From contig CANKCB010000012.1 in the NCBI GenBank assembly GCA_947480335.1, forward strand, positions 527-64,526: DNA of 64,000 nucleotides, written 5' to 3'. Positions 60,226-64,000 of this stretch are shown one piece after another. Within the stretch, counting starts at the first letter, position 1. Every line of letters starts with the position of its first letter. The DNA is from Gammaproteobacteria bacterium (GTDB lineage: Bacteria > Pseudomonadota > Gammaproteobacteria > Eutrophobiales > Eutrophobiaceae). The position numbers and the translations under genes were made by a program. The notes beneath the pieces are model-generated. The model did not search any database, was not told the DNA's origin, and worked only from the letters and a program-made list of their open reading frames with translations.

Positions 60226-60922
60226 AGCCTGGTTAATCTCCCGCAAGGGTAGTTTCCGTTCTGCTAATCGTCCCTTTGTCACTCTGGCGTATGCGCAAAG
60301 CTGGGATGGCAGTATTACCACCCGACAAGGTGAAAGCCTGCCATTAAGCGGTACTGAATCAATCCGCCTCACTCACCAACTACGTAGCCTGCATGATGGT
60401 ATTCTGGTTGGCATAGGCACGGTACTCACTGACAACCCGCAACTCACTGTTCGGGAATGGCAAGGCCAAAACCCACAGCCCGTTGTACTGGACAGCCTGT
60501 TACGCATGCCATCCACGGCGAAACTATTACAACATCCCGACAAACGCTGCTGGATACTGACCTCCCAGGACAGTCATAATAACCTTGAACAACACGCTGA
60601 GATATTTACCCTGAAAGATGAGAATGCCACAGAACAGCAAATTCCGTTAACCAGTGCACTCAGTTTTCTGATGAACAAGGGTATAAGCACATTGATGGTT
60701 GAAGGTGGTGCAACGGTGATAACGGCGTTTCTGAAAGCAGGTCTTGCTGATGCGCTGGTGATGACAGTTGCACCCAGACTTATTGGTGGATACAAGGCCG
60801 TAGGGGATCTTGGACTAATCCCTGCCAATCAATTACCACAGATTCATCCGATACATTGGAGCAATCTGGGTGAAGATTTGATTGTCTGGGGTGACTTGCA
60901 ATATGGGAAACCTGTCTCTTGA
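60203..60922 (+). CDS. RibD C-terminal-type pyrimidine reductase (no deaminase domain)
   Basis: PFVTLAYAQSWDG, HQLRS.HD.ILVGIGTV..DNPQL, VEGG. Start set at ATG 60203. Confidence 0.88.
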   Translation: MNLNQQIEAWLISRKGSFRSANRPFVTLAYAQSWDGSITTRQGESLPLSGTESIRLTHQLRSLHDGILVGIGTVLTDNPQLTVREWQGQNPQPVVLDSLLRMPSTAKLLQHPDKRCWILTSQDSHNNLEQHAEIFTLKDENATEQQIPLTSALSFLMNKGISTLMVEGGATVITAFLKAGLADALVMTVAPRLIGGYKAVGDLGLIPANQLPQIHPIHWSNLGEDLIVWGDLQYGKPVS

Positions 60923-61950
60923 AAGCGAGTCAGCTCTGGTTTACTCGCCCTGGCGAAGTTGAAATCCGGCAGTTTGTCTTACCGGAACTGCGTGCGAATG
61001 AAGTTCTTGTACGCACTTTGTATTCTGCCATCAGTGCAGGCACTGAAATGCTGGTTTATCGTGGCCAATTACCTGCGGAACTGTCCCTGGACGCCACACT
61101 TACGGTGCACAACCAAAAACCGGTCTACCCCATCCAATATGGATATGCTGCAGTTGGACAAATTGAGCAGGTCGGTAATGAACTGGATGCCTCATTGATA
61201 GGCAAACACGTTTTTGCATTCCAGCCACATGCGAGCCATTTTGTCTGTGCGCTAGATGATTTAATTATTGTCCCTGACATGACCGACCCCCTTGATGCAG
61301 TATTTCTGGCAAATACGGAAACAGCGGTCAGTCTGGTACTGGATAGCAAACCGCTACTTGGGGAAAAAATAGTTGTCCTGGGACTAGGGGTTGTCGGTTT
61401 ACTAGTGACAGCTATTCTGTCCCGATTTCCATTGGGAGAGTTGCATGTACTGGACAAAATACAGCAACGACGCAATCTGGCTAGTAAATTCAGCGTATAC
61501 TCTGCTGGCAGTCCGGACTCTATTACAGATGTGGATAATTTGAAATCCAGACTTGGCAAGCAGGAAATCACAAATGGTGCCGACCTGATATTCGAACTGA
61601 CCGGTTCACCTGAGGCGCTGAATCTGGCTATTGAATTATGCGGTTACTCCGGACGTATCGTAGTGGGCAGCTGGTACGGGACCAAAACAGCCGAATTAAA
61701 ACTTGGCGGCAGTTTTCACCGCAACCGAATCCAGATTATCAGCAGCCAGGTCAGTACCATTGCGCCGGAATTACGTGGACGTTGGGACAAGGCGAGACGG
61801 TTTTCTACGGCCTGGCAAATGATTGAAACAATCCAGCCACAGACATTGATTAGCCATAATATTCCCTTTAATTCTGCCGCCGACGCTTATCAACTGCTGG
61901 ACAAAACACAGGGTCAAACCATACAAATTGTCTTTGATTATAATAACTAG
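60919..61950 (+). CDS. MDR-family (zinc-binding dehydrogenase-like) oxidoreductase
   Basis: SAISAGTE, YGY..VG, GLGVVG, SWYG, FH.NR..I.SSQV. Confidence 0.85.
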   Translation: MKASQLWFTRPGEVEIRQFVLPELRANEVLVRTLYSAISAGTEMLVYRGQLPAELSLDATLTVHNQKPVYPIQYGYAAVGQIEQVGNELDASLIGKHVFAFQPHASHFVCALDDLIIVPDMTDPLDAVFLANTETAVSLVLDSKPLLGEKIVVLGLGVVGLLVTAILSRFPLGELHVLDKIQQRRNLASKFSVYSAGSPDSITDVDNLKSRLGKQEITNGADLIFELTGSPEALNLAIELCGYSGRIVVGSWYGTKTAELKLGGSFHRNRIQIISSQVSTIAPELRGRWDKARRFSTAWQMIETIQPQTLISHNIPFNSAADAYQLLDKTQGQTIQIVFDYNN

Positions 61951-61973
61951 AACGTAACAGGGGGTTTTGATAA

Positions 61974-62351
61974 ATGTATACCGTCTCCGTAAAACGTGAT
62001 TTTATTGCACGTCATTTTCTGATTGGTGGTGACTGGGGACGCGAAAATGAACCACATGCACATCAATATGTAGCCGAAATTCGCATGCAAAGTGCTGAGC
62101 TGGATCAACATGGTTATCTGGTCGATATCGTGAGAATTGAAGCTGAACTGGGTTCCATGATTGACTACTTTCGAGATCGTCTGCTCAATGATCTACCTGA
62201 ATTCAAGGGGCTCAATCCGAGTATTGAACATTTCAGCCGCATCATTTGCCAACGCCTGTTGGCAGGAATTCAACCACCAGGCACAGGCAAGATAGCCGTG
62301 CGTTTGTGGGAAAATGAAACCTGCTGGGCTGCGTGGGAACAGAACTATTAA
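61974..62351 (+). CDS. 6-pyruvoyl-tetrahydropterin synthase (COG0720)-family protein
   Basis: F.A.H, HAH.Y, G.LVD, LND, NPSIE, WENE..WA T-fold motifs. Confidence 0.88.
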   Translation: MYTVSVKRDFIARHFLIGGDWGRENEPHAHQYVAEIRMQSAELDQHGYLVDIVRIEAELGSMIDYFRDRLLNDLPEFKGLNPSIEHFSRIICQRLLAGIQPPGTGKIAVRLWENETCWAAWEQNY

Positions 62352-62360
62352 AGCCAACAC

Positions 62361-63446
62361 ATGCGTGTCGGTATTCTTATTTATGGTGATATTGCTTCTC
62401 AAAGTGGCGGCTATCTCTATGACCGTCAGCTAGTTAACTGCTTACAGCAACAGGGTGATACGGTTGAAATTTTCAGCCTGCCATTTCAGCCGTATTCAAA
62501 GGCAATATTTAACCAATATGATTTGAACAAAGTGGTGAATACAAAACTGGATGTGCTCATTCAGGACGAGCTTGTCCATGCTTCTGTTTACCGTTCAAAT
62601 CAACAGTTCATCCGACAAACAGGCATACCTGTTGCCGGGCTGGTGCATCTGTTTTCTGCCTATGCCGACCAACCGTTGCATCGTCGTTTGCTGCTACGTT
62701 ATACCGAACGTGCATATATAAATACAGTCAACGGACTGATCCTGAATAGCAACAACAGTCTGCAACAGGCGAAAAGCCTGATTGGCGGCAATAACATGCC
62801 CCCACACCTGGTCGCGGTTCCGGCAGGAAATAATTTTGGCAACGTGCAGATACCTGAAACTGCAAAACTGACATCTAAAAGTGCACCATTAAAGTTACTC
62901 TATGTGGGAAATGTAATTCGTCAAAAAGGCCTGCATTTAATCTTGCATGCCATGCAGCGTTTACCAAAAAACCGATTTACACTGACTGTTGCCGGCCGGC
63001 TAGATATGGAGCCTGATTATGTAAACAGAATCAGGCAAACCATCGTGGATCTAAATCTGTGTGACCAAGTTAAGATTACCGGCCCACTGGACAGGGAGCC
63101 ACTGGCAATAATTTACCAGTCACACCACCTGTTTGTGTTACCTTCTGTAAATGAAGCCTACGGCATCGTTTATGTTGAGGCACAGCAGTTCGGGTTACCG
63201 GCCATTGCAACAACGGCAGGGGGGGCGAGAGAAATAATCTCGGACGGGGAAACCGGTTATTTAATCAAACCAGGTGACATAACCACGCTGACCAAACTAT
63301 TGAACACGTTGAACGATGACAGACAATTACTGCAAGCACTCGGAACCAACGCTCTGAATGCCTATCGGCAACACCCGGCCTGGGATGATACCGGCAAACA
63401 AATCAGAAATTTTTTACATCAACTGATTTCACCAAGGGAGAATTAA
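62361..63446 (+). CDS. Glycosyltransferase family 4
   Basis: SGGYLYDR, VG....KG, PS.NEAYGIV.VEA...GLP. Confidence 0.92.
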   Translation: MRVGILIYGDIASQSGGYLYDRQLVNCLQQQGDTVEIFSLPFQPYSKAIFNQYDLNKVVNTKLDVLIQDELVHASVYRSNQQFIRQTGIPVAGLVHLFSAYADQPLHRRLLLRYTERAYINTVNGLILNSNNSLQQAKSLIGGNNMPPHLVAVPAGNNFGNVQIPETAKLTSKSAPLKLLYVGNVIRQKGLHLILHAMQRLPKNRFTLTVAGRLDMEPDYVNRIRQTIVDLNLCDQVKITGPLDREPLAIIYQSHHLFVLPSVNEAYGIVYVEAQQFGLPAIATTAGGAREIISDGETGYLIKPGDITTLTKLLNTLNDDRQLLQALGTNALNAYRQHPAWDDTGKQIRNFLHQLISPREN

Positions 63447-63447
63447 T

Positions 63448-64000
63448 TTGTTACGCGAATCATTTGATTACGTTGATTATCTGGAAATGAAACGTTCTGT
63501 AGATGACGACAGCCTGAACAAAGAAGTGTGGGATGCCATGGCAACCTGGATGAATTCACAACAAAAAAACCGTGCTTCCCTACGCATACTGGAAATCGGG
63601 GCAGGCATCGGGACCATGATTGAGCGTTTGCTGGATCATGAATTACTGTGTTTATGTGAGTATACAGCAGTTGAGCTGGAGTCCGGTTTCCGTGATGTGG
63701 CTATGCAACGTCTGCGTCACTGGGCACATGACCACGCCTGTGACTTCCAGCAGATAAACTCATCTACCTGGTTGCTATCTGGCAAACAGAGCAAGATTAC
63801 CGTGCACTGGATACAAGGTGATGCATTACAGATAGCCAATCAGACATTACCGGATTCTTTTGATTTGATAATTGGTCATGCCGTTATAGATCTGCTACCG
63901 GTTCCAGCGTGTATGCCGAATTTACTTGCACGTCTTACCCGAGAGGGGGCCTGTTATTTCAGTCTGAACTATGCGGGTGAAACTCTATTTCTGCCAGCTG
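63448..64000 (+). CDS. Class I SAM-dependent methyltransferase (partial, runs off the right edge)
   Basis: TTG 63448 after GGAG; MLRESFDYVDYLEMKRSVDD..LRILEIGAGIGTM..GDA..FDLIIGHA; frame open to the window end. Confidence 0.85.
   Translation, partial: MLRESFDYVDYLEMKRSVDDDSLNKEVWDAMATWMNSQQKNRASLRILEIGAGIGTMIERLLDHELLCLCEYTAVELESGFRDVAMQRLRHWAHDHACDFQQINSSTWLLSGKQSKITVHWIQGDALQIANQTLPDSFDLIIGHAVIDLLPVPACMPNLLARLTREGACYFSLNYAGETLFLPA

Overview
Chromosomal window from a free-living gammaproteobacterium-like organism, judged from the recA-pncC-tadA, ttcA, cspD, typA, efpL and dmeF genes. A short housekeeping block (1-5.4 kb) is followed by about 58 kb of mostly envelope and catabolic genes. These include five TonB-dependent receptors, TAXI-TRAP and TctABC transporters, and a phosphorus-scavenging block (two receptors, a beta-propeller phytase and a metallophosphoesterase, with Pho-box-like promoters). 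There are several signal-peptide-bearing versions of normally cytoplasmic enzymes, a tRNA-Arg(UCG) beside a truncated SOD gene, and an aromatic/heterocycle catabolic cluster. A ribA-ribD-like-MDR-PTPS-GT4-methyltransferase cluster of unknown product runs off the right edge. The main observations are: (1) a YtcJ-like amidohydrolase cleanly split into two separately secreted halves behind a TonB receptor with a switch-like leader; (2) an intergenic element of GGA-loop hairpins resembling a CsrA/RsmA sponge; (3) a tRNA-Arg(UCG) in a tadA+/ttcA+ genome; (4) a MacB/FtsX-type ABC operon, probably CTG-initiated, with an exported M29-fold protein and an exported SAM methyltransferase; (5) the orphan pterin-like cluster. 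No integrase, transposase, CRISPR array, rRNA or transcription-factor gene was recognised. All calls come from reading motifs by eye; no database search was run.
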